DNA of 64,000 nt from IMG/VR virus record IMGVR_UViG_3300042448_000646, positions 32,001-96,000 of that record; one strand, 5' to 3'. The translations under genes and the position numbers were made by a program. The notes under the pieces are model-generated. The model ran no database searches and was not told where the DNA came from. It saw nothing but the letters and a program-made list of their open reading frames with translations. Shown piece by piece: positions 9,401-18,509 of this stretch (positions within the stretch are counted from its first letter, which is position 1; every line of letters begins with the position of its first letter). This DNA comes from a virus.

Positions 9401-12009
9401 TGACTGAAAACTATTTCCAAGACAAGGAAATGTTTGCTCAGTTGATTGAAAGATTTACTCCTAAAGTAAACTTTGCTTGGCAGTATAACGGTGTGGCTAA
9501 ATACAATGGATACTTAAGTATTCCAAACTCAGGGCACAAACGTAGAAGTGTTAAGTTTGGTAATTATGCTCCAAGTGAAATTTTGAATTTTGGTCAGGGC
9601 GAAAAACCATTCCATAATAGATACAGAGAATCTAGTGTCTATTTATCTTTAAACACAACGTTTAATCATCATCACTCAAATATTATAGATAACTCTAGAT
9701 ACGTAGCGTCAGAGCATAATAAATCTCTACCTACTGACATAGATGATAGTAGAACGACAAGAGCATACTACGGGTCAATAAAAACTTACAGACCTAATCA
9801 ATATGGCCCGCTTACAAACTTGCGTTATTTGTCTACTGGGTATTCTGTAGATATTCAAATTAATCCAAATAACGGATTAGGGCAAATGCTAGAAACTTAC
9901 TATCCTGCATTTGGAGGAGATACATTTATCAATGCCTTTGCTTTAAAACGTAAGCATGCTTTCTTCCGTCAAAACTTAGCAGGTAGACCAGATGATATTC
10001 CATTTAACTATTACTTGTTTCCTAACTTAGGATATCCTAGTCACTTTTATGGATACAATGCTGCTGCTCAGGACATAGAAGCAGTTCTAAAAGACCAGTT
10101 GGACGACTTTCTTATTTGGGCATTAGTAGCGGCTGGTCTTGCAGGAGCCGCAGCTATATTTGGAGATGGTATTGCTGTAGGAGAAATAGCATTTGCTGCT
10201 TTAACTACAGGGTTTAAGTTAGCTACTTTAAATGTAGTATCCGACTTATTGGCTTCTACTAAACCTTATGTATTTTTAGATCAAGATGAAACATTTGCAA
10301 ACACTTGGTTAAGTATTGGAGTAGGTGGAACATACTTCTATTATAAGGGTATGATTTATTTATTCTCTTACGGTCTTCCTATTTTCTTTGTTGAGTCTGA
10401 CGTAAACGTAGATTTCCGTCATGGAAGAAATGACAAAGAAGAAAATTTCTATGGCTCAAAAGAACTTGGAGAAGTTCCTGACCAATGGTTGCAAGAAGTA
10501 ACTGTACCTATTAAGTACGATAACTTCTATAACTATAACTCTACTTACTCAATTCAGAATGTTATTAATCCTAACTTCCCATACAACGAAAATTACCCAG
10601 AACTGTATTGCGAAACTGACTTATACAATAGAGTAGTGTACTCAGATCCAGCAGGTAAATATGGTAAAGGAGATGCTTGGTTGAATTTTAGAAGAGGTAA
10701 CTTCTTTGACTTTCCTAAAAGTACAGGTAAATTAATTGCTTTAAATGGAGTAGAGAATGGTAAAGTGTATGCTCGTTTTGAAAATAATACTAAGGTATAC
10801 AATGCTTTAATTACTCTGGAGAGCAATAACCCTATTGCAATGGAGATTGGAAATGCTAGCATGTTTAACCAAAAGCCAATTGAGATGTCCACTGCGGATA
10901 TTGGGTATCTAGGTTCACAGCATAAAGCATTTGTAAAAACAACACACGGAGGATTTTGGGTTGACTCTCGTAGAGGTCATGTTTATCAAATTACAAGTGG
11001 AGGTATAGATGAAATTTCTTTAAGAGGATCGATGCAATGGTTTAAAGAAAACTTGCCTTTTAAAATTCTTAAGGACTTCCCTAACTTTCCTATAGACAAC
11101 ACCTTTAAAGGAATTGGTATATCTCTTGGATGGGACGAACGTTTCCACCGTTTATTCCTAACTAAGTTAGACTATAGACTAAAAGAACAATACCGAGGAT
11201 TTGTTACTTATGAGAATAAGAAACTATACTATAATGATACTGAGATTGAGTTTGGAGATTTGACCTATTTTGAAAATCATTCATTTACTATTTCTTACAG
11301 TGTACTTATTAAGTCTTGGATTTCTTTCCACTCTTTCTTACCAAGTGCATATGTTTCATTTGTAGATCACTTCCAGACTGTTACTCCCACAGGCACATGG
11401 AATCATAACCTATCTCCGTTAACCTATCAAACTTATTATAATCGTTTCTATCCTTACATCATTGAGTATACAGTAAACAATGCTCCAAATACTCACGTGG
11501 TTAACTCTATTAATTATAATCAAGATATCCACAAGTATTATAATAGGAACGATTACTATTCTTTAGGTTCGTATAACGATAAGAATACTCCTAACTTCAC
11601 TAAAGCTATAGTTTATAACAAAGAACAAACTTCAGGATTAGTTAATTTAATTGCTCAAATCCCAAATGATGCTCGTCAACGTTTACTATATCCAAGGGTA
11701 AGTAAGTTTGGAACAGAATTACTTGTAACTAAGAAAGATCTTAAAAATAACTTTAATGGATTCTGGGATGCTACTAACAATAAAGAAAACTTCCAAACTT
11801 TATTTAGCACTAAGTGGAATGATTTGAGTGCAGATTATCCAATTGACAAAGTAGTAAATCTAAAATCTGTTATTACCACAACAAGATTAGCAGGAAAACA
11901 AAAGATTCGTTCTACTTTCTGTAAAGTAAGACTTATTCAAGACAAGTTTAATAGATACAAGTTTATCAATAACCTACAATTTACACAAACAACAAACTCA
12001 ATAACATGA
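6415..12009 (+). CDS. Tail stabilization / muzzle protein
   Basis: 1864 aa; KGLNLD...ALNA N-terminus, YFVDKKNPPRYL, GGQLKAGNYQFSIAY, YQRDEVYAFGI, FTFHSPD, FGGDTFI, WISFHSFLP, typical of crAss Tstab/muzzle proteins. Confidence 0.8.
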   Translation: MEIKGNQNTKGLNLDSVNWQVEGSQLTWALNANIMSHDGNTFTYTNEMSNQICVDFSSFKNGYRINGLLNIVEQNKVIVFLVGPDGKGEIGVITNNGLDCVELDSVETDCGCVGGKVIKDSVVKATTTVTSNSTTCFYGIIYETIDDGSGTYVSNYGFNYADCNGNKVSGNTSSLTFKTIEQWYIELGYTNFTNTNATYLSQVVSLICYDSVATIDYITELGAISSNVSPLQHPNPILYDTFPCAATVVEKTCCDYEPVLIDECCQDCCQDCYTVTLETFNTSVPLGGSTGQVVIEYTDCNGIVRGIETPNNTFEGYGSFNMIKDSWRVIQRGKPGVEVRVAYEQVFSTGNCKPCLNPAPENCCLNFDIENPIYATYRVDQCETRVYFVDKKNPPRYLSLEFPLNRDACGEAQDCGGKKLVTKKSCGELNIFPNTCHPKVTPIRVSNGGQLKAGNYQFSIAYTDEEGAELTDYFDFCQPIPIFEKKLTNLTDYQTNYAITVQIDHKVNIFEYFSLVVAETIQGGTTNYYLIGTYRVQQQYLTDSIIYTGEYKSTFSSIAPLVRTPYYNTAGIVENQNDILMLADLEKEYQYNFQPLANKLKLQWETVKMPHGDKWDYSNPEVVHMFRTYQRDEVYAFGIKFKLKTGKYTEVFHIPGRAKNASLGDTTSIPITNTDYFTEDGDCLDVAAPKEKWQVYNTAGQGQVFTANPPTELEKQFSCAIYNDKRGEFAYWESTEKYPCNEEIWDTDAWGNSLANQPIRFHKFPDSLVNHIHDGIYATGNVFPAFDNKSHIYPIGVRVDADVFNNLINTLEIANPANANKPFYAKDLICGYEVVYATRVGHKSIVAKGLLYDVGKYRTDEGSKEYYYPNYPFNDINWRGSSSVSDPYLRTSGDWYKKQDRRNKNENLGDFSHNGFTDNNIINYKHSRFTFHSPDTHFSYPKIGSELKLETLEIGSVMGHFVEVDEHSKIKLYTDKIQTVSNLLSILLNIKDYRIMTENYFQDKEMFAQLIERFTPKVNFAWQYNGVAKYNGYLSIPNSGHKRRSVKFGNYAPSEILNFGQGEKPFHNRYRESSVYLSLNTTFNHHHSNIIDNSRYVASEHNKSLPTDIDDSRTTRAYYGSIKTYRPNQYGPLTNLRYLSTGYSVDIQINPNNGLGQMLETYYPAFGGDTFINAFALKRKHAFFRQNLAGRPDDIPFNYYLFPNLGYPSHFYGYNAAAQDIEAVLKDQLDDFLIWALVAAGLAGAAAIFGDGIAVGEIAFAALTTGFKLATLNVVSDLLASTKPYVFLDQDETFANTWLSIGVGGTYFYYKGMIYLFSYGLPIFFVESDVNVDFRHGRNDKEENFYGSKELGEVPDQWLQEVTVPIKYDNFYNYNSTYSIQNVINPNFPYNENYPELYCETDLYNRVVYSDPAGKYGKGDAWLNFRRGNFFDFPKSTGKLIALNGVENGKVYARFENNTKVYNALITLESNNPIAMEIGNASMFNQKPIEMSTADIGYLGSQHKAFVKTTHGGFWVDSRRGHVYQITSGGIDEISLRGSMQWFKENLPFKILKDFPNFPIDNTFKGIGISLGWDERFHRLFLTKLDYRLKEQYRGFVTYENKKLYYNDTEIEFGDLTYFENHSFTISYSVLIKSWISFHSFLPSAYVSFVDHFQTVTPTGTWNHNLSPLTYQTYYNRFYPYIIEYTVNNAPNTHVVNSINYNQDIHKYYNRNDYYSLGSYNDKNTPNFTKAIVYNKEQTSGLVNLIAQIPNDARQRLLYPRVSKFGTELLVTKKDLKNNFNGFWDATNNKENFQTLFSTKWNDLSADYPIDKVVNLKSVITTTRLAGKQKIRSTFCKVRLIQDKFNRYKFINNLQFTQTTNSIT

Positions 12010-12383
12010 TACCAGAAGTAATCAGTTCAGTAAAACCCGAAGTGGTTTTAGGACAGATGTTTCAGTCTAGAGATATGATGCACATTGCACATTTTCAAAC
12101 TACATCTTACGCACAGCACACTACATTGCAAAAGTATTACGAAGGAATTCTAGGACTTGCAGATGAGATAACAGAAGTATACTTCGGTTGTCTAGGAAAA
12201 AGGTTAAATTTTAAAATTCCTTCCTCTGACTATATGAATCCTGAGACTCACTTAAAACAGTTTAAGGATTATATAAAAAAGCACCGAACTGTTTTTGGTT
12301 CTGACAGAACAGATGTACAAAATCTTATAGATGAATTAATCGCTTTAATCAATAAGACATTATATTTGCTTACCTTAAGTTAA
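12006..12383 (+). CDS. Ferritin/Dps-like four-helix protein (DUF5856-like)
   Basis: HIAHFQTTSYAQH...YYE...ADEITE...QNLIDE...TLYLLTL. Confidence 0.75.
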   Translation: MIPEVISSVKPEVVLGQMFQSRDMMHIAHFQTTSYAQHTTLQKYYEGILGLADEITEVYFGCLGKRLNFKIPSSDYMNPETHLKQFKDYIKKHRTVFGSDRTDVQNLIDELIALINKTLYLLTLS

Positions 12384-12387
12384 ACTA

Positions 12388-13623
12388 ATGAAATCATCTC
12401 TGTTTGAATACTATAAATCCAAGTATAAGGTAGGAGGTAAAACTCCTGTCAACTCTAAGGGTATGTGGTATCAAGATGGTGATGTAGTAGTTCCTTCTAA
12501 TCAAATTACTATGAAGGGCCCTAACGGAGAAAAGGATTATTTTGATTCTCCTATCTTAGGTATAGGTATGTTATCAGGAGATAGTCAAGTAATGCAGCCT
12601 GGACAAGACTATTCATTTCCTAAGGACAATGCAGTTTTTGAAAAGAAAATGCAGATGGGAGCAAAAACTAAAGACTTAACTCTTGATCAACAGACTCGTT
12701 TAAGGAACTATATAAAAGAACCCCAAATTGAAAATATTAATTTACCCTCATGGTTAGGTCTATCCTCAGGTGCTACTGACTATGCAAAAAGAATGGGGCA
12801 AAGAAGTTCTGAACAGTTAATAAATAATCCTGGAGATATCTCAAACCAAGTAAGTGATGCTTTTAAAGAAGGTTTAGATTATTCTATAAATGCGGCATTG
12901 CCTACTAAACTAGGACAACTTAGTAGTGAAGGGACTTATAATCCTTTTGGAGAGAATACTTTACAAAGTATGTATAGTGGTTTAACTTATAATAAATCAT
13001 TCCCAAAAGGATCTATCACTTTAAGTCCAGATAGACAAGAAGTACAACTTAGAGGTAAGTCAGGTAATGTTGGATATAAAAGAAACCTATCTAATGAAGA
13101 GACTATTTCTCAATTGGCGTTTAATTTAAATATCTTGCCTGAGGCTTTGGCTTTATATGGAGAAGGTAGAATTTCAGATAAAAATATGATTCCTTCAGAT
13201 TATGATAGCGCTATGAATACTGCTAACTATAATCTGAATGCTGGTGTTAGAGGAAACGCAGGTGCGCTGACCTATGATGTGAGTGGTAATTATAATCCAA
13301 AAGAAGGTTATGCTTATCAAGGAAATGCAGAACTGTCTTTACTTAAAGATAAATTAAAACTAAAAGGAAATGTTTCTGGTAGTCAAAAAGCAGGTGTAGA
13401 ATCTATGTCTGCAGAAGCAAGAGCCCGCCTTTTGAAAAATTTAGAATTAAAAGCAGGTTATAATCAATCTGGAAAAGACCGTGGTAATTTTAACTTAGGT
13501 TTAAGTTACAGCAAAGCTTTTCAAATGGGAGGCGGTATATCTATCCCTGGGATTAATGGAAGCGTTGTAGCTAACGTTAACTCAAGTACATTAAAAGATA
13601 GCTATAAAAAGAATAAAAAATGA
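12388..13623 (+). CDS. Putative virion cargo protein with beta-barrel-like central module
   Basis: No Cys. N-terminal VPSNQITMKG..PILG..MQPGQDYSFP domain; xQxGG-type motifs; amphipathic beta strands. Confidence 0.55.
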   Translation: MKSSLFEYYKSKYKVGGKTPVNSKGMWYQDGDVVVPSNQITMKGPNGEKDYFDSPILGIGMLSGDSQVMQPGQDYSFPKDNAVFEKKMQMGAKTKDLTLDQQTRLRNYIKEPQIENINLPSWLGLSSGATDYAKRMGQRSSEQLINNPGDISNQVSDAFKEGLDYSINAALPTKLGQLSSEGTYNPFGENTLQSMYSGLTYNKSFPKGSITLSPDRQEVQLRGKSGNVGYKRNLSNEETISQLAFNLNILPEALALYGEGRISDKNMIPSDYDSAMNTANYNLNAGVRGNAGALTYDVSGNYNPKEGYAYQGNAELSLLKDKLKLKGNVSGSQKAGVESMSAEARARLLKNLELKAGYNQSGKDRGNFNLGLSYSKAFQMGGGISIPGINGSVVANVNSSTLKDSYKKNKK

Positions 13624-15206
13624 AAAAGCAAATGATAAAACGGGCTGACGGTTCCTACTCTCAGAGAGGGTTGTGGGATAACATTAGAGCGAATAGAGGT
13701 AGTGGTAAAAAACCTACTGCCCAGATGCTCAAACAGGAACGTAAGATTAAATCTAACATGGCAGATGGGGGAATAAACAATCCTGGATTCCAAGCATTGC
13801 CAGGATACGTTCAAGCTAAGATAAGATCTAATATGCAAGAAGGAGGAATGACAGGTTCCCCTATTGTAGATATGATTAATAGTCAACCGCAGATGCCTAT
13901 GATGCAAATGGGAGGAAGTATGCCTCAGACTAGTGCAGGGCGTTCTGTGCTTCAAGAAGCAATGTCAATGAGTACAATGCAGTCAGGAGGTAAAATGCCT
14001 GCTGATATTGCACGTGCCCGTTTTATGGCTGCGGCTAATGGCGATGCCTCTCAAGCAAAAGAAACTGCTTCTAAGTATGGCTACAAAATGCAAACAGGAG
14101 GTTACAGACCTTCTATAAGAATTGGAGATAGAGGAAACTATAGTGGGTCTGATAATACTATGGCTCCTAACCCAGCAATCATGCAACAGAGAGTTGCAGA
14201 GGGACAAGCTTTAATAAAAAAGACAAGTACCGAACAAGGAAAAATTCAAGCTCAACAAGCAAAACAAAGAGCACAAAGTAATATTGCTGCAAACAGAGTT
14301 AAGCAAGAACAAAAAGCGGCTGCTGCTAAAGCTCAACAAGTTTCTGATATGAAGGCTAGAATTGAAGATTCTAAAGTTGTACAAGATATGTCTTTATCAG
14401 ATCAATTTAAACCTGAGAATATTGAAAGAGCTACACAAGCTACTGGTGATAAATTCCGTTTGTTTGGGCCTTCTTCTCCATTAGTTACTAGCGGATTGTT
14501 TGAAGCTGACCCTAGTAGTATGTTTGATAACTATCTAAACCCTGCAAAACTTGTAGGTGATATGGCTACTAACTTAGGACAAGGTATTAATGAAACTGCT
14601 AAGACAGGAGATTTTACAGCACTTGGTACAGCATTAGCTACTCCTGTTATTGCTGGTGCAACTATGGGATATTTAAAAGCACCAATACATTCTTTGGAAA
14701 AACAAGCAGTTAACTATTTAACTAAAAATGTAAATAGCGCAGCCTTAGGTACAGCACTTGCTAACCCAACTATATCTACTGGAGTTGGAGTAGGTGCTGG
14801 TTTATTAAGTCAAGGAATTAGAGGAAGTGTTAAAACTGCAGCACAAGCAGCTGAACATGATTTAGTACATAGAGCAACAGCTCCTACTATTTTAGCAGCT
14901 CATAAGAATGGAGGTACTATTAAAGATATGTACTACATGAAAAAAGGAGGGCAGTTCCCAGACCGTTATAAAAAGATGGGATTCTCTGGAGTAGACCAAC
15001 CAAAGAAAACTACTAGTGGTGGTAAGAGTCATGCTGTAGTTACTAAAGTTGATGGTAACTATAAGTTAATTCGTTTTGGTCAAGCAGGTGTGTCAGGGTC
15101 TCCTGATGGTTCTGCTCGTAATGAAAGATTTAAATCACGTCATGCAAAGAATATAGCTAAAGGTAAATCTTCTGCTGCATACTGGGCTAATAAAGTTAAA
15201 TGGTAA
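13620..15206 (+). CDS. Putative modular virion cargo/core protein
   Basis: No Cys. Seven [MH][QAK]xGG motifs; basic N-terminal GLWDNIRA module; basic C-terminal IRFGQ...FKSRH...SAAYWANKVKW module. Confidence 0.6.
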   Translation: MKKQMIKRADGSYSQRGLWDNIRANRGSGKKPTAQMLKQERKIKSNMADGGINNPGFQALPGYVQAKIRSNMQEGGMTGSPIVDMINSQPQMPMMQMGGSMPQTSAGRSVLQEAMSMSTMQSGGKMPADIARARFMAAANGDASQAKETASKYGYKMQTGGYRPSIRIGDRGNYSGSDNTMAPNPAIMQQRVAEGQALIKKTSTEQGKIQAQQAKQRAQSNIAANRVKQEQKAAAAKAQQVSDMKARIEDSKVVQDMSLSDQFKPENIERATQATGDKFRLFGPSSPLVTSGLFEADPSSMFDNYLNPAKLVGDMATNLGQGINETAKTGDFTALGTALATPVIAGATMGYLKAPIHSLEKQAVNYLTKNVNSAALGTALANPTISTGVGVGAGLLSQGIRGSVKTAAQAAEHDLVHRATAPTILAAHKNGGTIKDMYYMKKGGQFPDRYKKMGFSGVDQPKKTTSGGKSHAVVTKVDGNYKLIRFGQAGVSGSPDGSARNERFKSRHAKNIAKGKSSAAYWANKVKW

Positions 15207-15207
15207 T

Positions 15208-15360
15208 ATGGCAACTAAAAAATCTGCGAAAGTAACAACTAACTCTACTTCATTTAAAGAGAAGTCAAAAGTTAGTCGTCCTGGAGTTCATGCTAAAACT
15301 AAATCTTCTAAGTTAAAGCAGAGTAAGAACTACCAGAAAGCTTCTAGAGGTCAGGGTTAG
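15208..15360 (+). CDS. 50-aa highly basic protein (not in ORF track)
   Basis: MATKKSAKVTTNSTSFKEKSKVSRPGVHAKTKSSKLKQSKNYQKASRGQG*; starts 1 nt after the upstream stop. Confidence 0.75.
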   Translation: MATKKSAKVTTNSTSFKEKSKVSRPGVHAKTKSSKLKQSKNYQKASRGQG

Positions 15361-15367
15361 TATACTC

Positions 15368-15397
15368 TTGATTTTTATTGACAATAGAGTATATTTG
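15368..15397 (+). promoter_or_regulatory. Bacteroidota sigma-A type promoter
   Basis: TTG(15368)-19 nt-TATATTTG(15390); overlapped by a 14-bp inverted repeat 15392-15422. Confidence 0.7.
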
Positions 15398-15458
15398 CAT
15401 TTAAACTTTTTAAGTGCAAATACACTTAACTTATAAAGTTAATTAATATTTGAAGTTA

Positions 15459-18400
15459 ATGAACACTGGAAAAAATAGAGTTAAAGGTCTAAAGACTGAA
15501 CTTTTTAAGAAGAAGTATCAGACTGACCCTGTAGTAACAAACCCATCAGAGGTTGTGTTGAATGCACAGGGATCAAAGTTAAGGAATGGGCAGGTAAGTA
15601 AAATAGAAGGAAGAAGTTTGTCGGATATGGTCACAGACCAAACTAAACAATTTGAAGACAAACTAGCAAGTCAGCAATCCTACTTTAATAGATACCCTGT
15701 ACAAGGAACTGCTCCAAAGCAATATACTCCAGAACAGATAAAGGCAATGCGTGAAGCATTTCCAATGTCTCCTGAAGATTTCCAAACAGCTAATAGTTAT
15801 GGAATTACAGGTATTCCTGATCTAACTGCAGGTCAAGGAATTAATGATTTTCGTAATCAAGAACAAGTACTAGGTGCTACTGAACAGCTTACCTCTACTC
15901 CTAAATCACTTCAAAATTTCCAAGACCCTGCATTTAACGAAAGAGTAAAAGCAGCCTCTGAAGAATCTCTTAACGCTAAACCTAGTTTTGGGAATAATTG
16001 GAGAACTATGGTTAATGATACTGATTGGAGAAATGTAATTCGCACAGGTACAGGTCTAGTTTCTGCTACAAAGGGAATTTATGAGGATGTTCAAACCCGA
16101 GGAGACATAAACCAACGTATTCAGAATTTAAATGATAAACCTAGGTATATGCCTAATGAATACGAGTATATGGGAAAGCCTGGAAGTCAAAGTGTAATTT
16201 ATGCTAAAGACGGGGCTATGATTCGTAGAGGTACAGACTCAGGTGCAGAGGAAGCAGAGTTAGAACGTGGTGAGATGTTTATGTTGCCTAACATGGATAG
16301 CTATGTAGTAGGAGGAAAGAAGCACTCACAAGGTGGAGAAGATTTTGTTTTGCCTGAGGGCACTATTGTATTCTCAGACTACTTAAAAGTTCCTGGTTTA
16401 AAAACCACTTTTGCAGAAGAAGCTAAGAAGTTTGATATAACTAAATACAAAGAGACTCTTGAGAATCTTCATAGCAAGTCTGTAGATAGAACTACTGCTG
16501 AAGTAATGATGGGGCGTAACACAAAGAAACTTCAAGAGTTGTTTCAGATTCAACAAGGTATTAATGGGAACTCTAATGGAGAGATGGAACCTGAAGGTAT
16601 TAGGCAAGGACAAAAAGGTTTAGTTAGTGTAGGATCCGTAGTTGCAGCAAACCAACCTCAAACTGCTTCTATGGCTCTCACTCCTGAGCAACAAAAAGAA
16701 TACTATCATAATCAAGGGATGTTTGATAACCCTAGCTATACATATGAAAATCAAGTAAAAAAGGCTTTTCCTGAAAAGTCTTCAAGTTGGAAAGAACAAG
16801 ACTTGAGTATTGTAGCAGATGAGGCGGATGCATTAACTAAACAGATACAAGATAGAGTTCAAGCTGCAGAAAATAATAGAGTAGCGGCACAAGCAACTCC
16901 TAATCCATCTGGTACTTTAGGAGCAAATCCAGTAACAGTAGCAAATAGTGCAACTGAACTAGTTAATAAAACAGCTGACCCTAGTGCTGCAGGAACTGTA
17001 ACTAATTCAAATGCAACAGATCCTTCTTCAATGCATTACAAAACTTTACCTAATGGTAAAAAAGTATTTGTAGAAGGTCAAGGAGAATTTAAAGGAAAAA
17101 GTTATAGAGACCAGTACGGAGGAGATGTATTTAACTTAGTTAGAAACAGATTAAATGAATACGGAGAAACTTTAAACCCTACTCTTTTATCTGCTTACCA
17201 ACTACAGATAAAGGATAAGAACTTAATGGTAAAAGACTCTAACGAACTTGTAGATATTATGGAATCAGGAAACCATTCTTTAGATTCTATGAGACAATTC
17301 TACAAAGGTATTGGCATGGAAGATGTTTTGTTTAATCCTGAGTTAGATAGATCTAAAGATGGAAATGAAGCTCAAAAGAAATCAGCTCAATTATTTGCAG
17401 ACTATGTTAAAAGTCCTCAGTACCTAGCGGATGTTAAAGCAGGTAAAGCGTCTCCTTATATTCCTTGGTTAAAGACTCAACCAAAAGAAGTTAAAAATGC
17501 TAAAGGAGAAGTAACAGGATATACTTTAGACGCTCCTGAGATGAGTCAGGAGTTTACTCAAAAATATCAAGCAGCTTACAAAGCTTTTGGTGCAGTTAAA
17601 CAAACGCAGAAAGGAAAGTCCACAGACATGCTGAAAGGTTTTAGGATTGCTCCTGAAGGACTTTCAGATCACATGTGGATGGGACTTCCTATATCTCCTG
17701 TAGATGAATGGGGGGGTAATACAACAATTGGGCAGATTAGTGCTTTTGAAGATGAAGAGCCTAAGAAGCCCGAAAAACCTCCAGGAACCCCAGTAAAAAC
17801 TACTGATAATGGAAATACTTATAATAAGCAACTAGAAAATGCTACTATGGGTAAGTATACTCCTGAAGGTTTTGATTATCCTCAGTTAGCTCCAGAGATT
17901 TATGGAGCAGCGGCTAGTCAAATGTTTGCTTATGCTCCTATGGATTATAATGCACCATATGTAATGCCTCAGACTTTGAACATTCAACCTCAACTTCAAG
18001 ATGTAGATAGTTCATACATGGCTGCACTTAATGCAGGAGCTGATCCTAATAGTGCATTGATTGCTACTTTAGGTGCTAAACAAAAACTATACTCAGAGAA
18101 ACAAAACTTTGATGGACAGCAAAGAGCACAAGTAGACCAAATAAATGCAAGTGCTCGTTGGCAAGAAGATGTATCTGATATGCAGTCTTTGGATAAAGTA
18201 TACAATAGTTTAATTGCACAAGCCGATGATGCTGTTACTGCACAACGTCAAGCTTTAGTAAAATCAGCATCTGATAAAAGAGCTGTTTGGAAAATGGAAG
18301 AAGCTAGAAAACAATTCTGGTATAACAACTTTGTTAAGAGTTTTGACTACGACCCTAAGACACGTTCTATGGTTGTTAAGAAAGACGCAAGTAAAGAGTT

Positions 18401-18503
18401 TGTTAATCAACTTCAAACAGTCTATGGAGATGGGTTCTCAATTCCAGAAGTAACAGGAACTGAATCCTCTACTTCAAATACCACAACTACTAAAACCAAC
18501 TAA
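15459..18503 (+). CDS. Virion cargo protein (crAss cargo C1-like)
   Basis: About 1014 aa, no Cys; AELERGE...GKKHSQGG...TIVFSDYLK...TFAEEAKK motif. ATG 15459 preferred over TTG 15450. Confidence 0.65.
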   Translation: MNTGKNRVKGLKTELFKKKYQTDPVVTNPSEVVLNAQGSKLRNGQVSKIEGRSLSDMVTDQTKQFEDKLASQQSYFNRYPVQGTAPKQYTPEQIKAMREAFPMSPEDFQTANSYGITGIPDLTAGQGINDFRNQEQVLGATEQLTSTPKSLQNFQDPAFNERVKAASEESLNAKPSFGNNWRTMVNDTDWRNVIRTGTGLVSATKGIYEDVQTRGDINQRIQNLNDKPRYMPNEYEYMGKPGSQSVIYAKDGAMIRRGTDSGAEEAELERGEMFMLPNMDSYVVGGKKHSQGGEDFVLPEGTIVFSDYLKVPGLKTTFAEEAKKFDITKYKETLENLHSKSVDRTTAEVMMGRNTKKLQELFQIQQGINGNSNGEMEPEGIRQGQKGLVSVGSVVAANQPQTASMALTPEQQKEYYHNQGMFDNPSYTYENQVKKAFPEKSSSWKEQDLSIVADEADALTKQIQDRVQAAENNRVAAQATPNPSGTLGANPVTVANSATELVNKTADPSAAGTVTNSNATDPSSMHYKTLPNGKKVFVEGQGEFKGKSYRDQYGGDVFNLVRNRLNEYGETLNPTLLSAYQLQIKDKNLMVKDSNELVDIMESGNHSLDSMRQFYKGIGMEDVLFNPELDRSKDGNEAQKKSAQLFADYVKSPQYLADVKAGKASPYIPWLKTQPKEVKNAKGEVTGYTLDAPEMSQEFTQKYQAAYKAFGAVKQTQKGKSTDMLKGFRIAPEGLSDHMWMGLPISPVDEWGGNTTIGQISAFEDEEPKKPEKPPGTPVKTTDNGNTYNKQLENATMGKYTPEGFDYPQLAPEIYGAAASQMFAYAPMDYNAPYVMPQTLNIQPQLQDVDSSYMAALNAGADPNSALIATLGAKQKLYSEKQNFDGQQRAQVDQINASARWQEDVSDMQSLDKVYNSLIAQADDAVTAQRQALVKSASDKRAVWKMEEARKQFWYNNFVKSFDYDPKTRSMVVKKDASKEFVNQLQTVYGDGFSIPEVTGTESSTSNTTTTKTN

Positions 18504-18509
18504 CAAATT

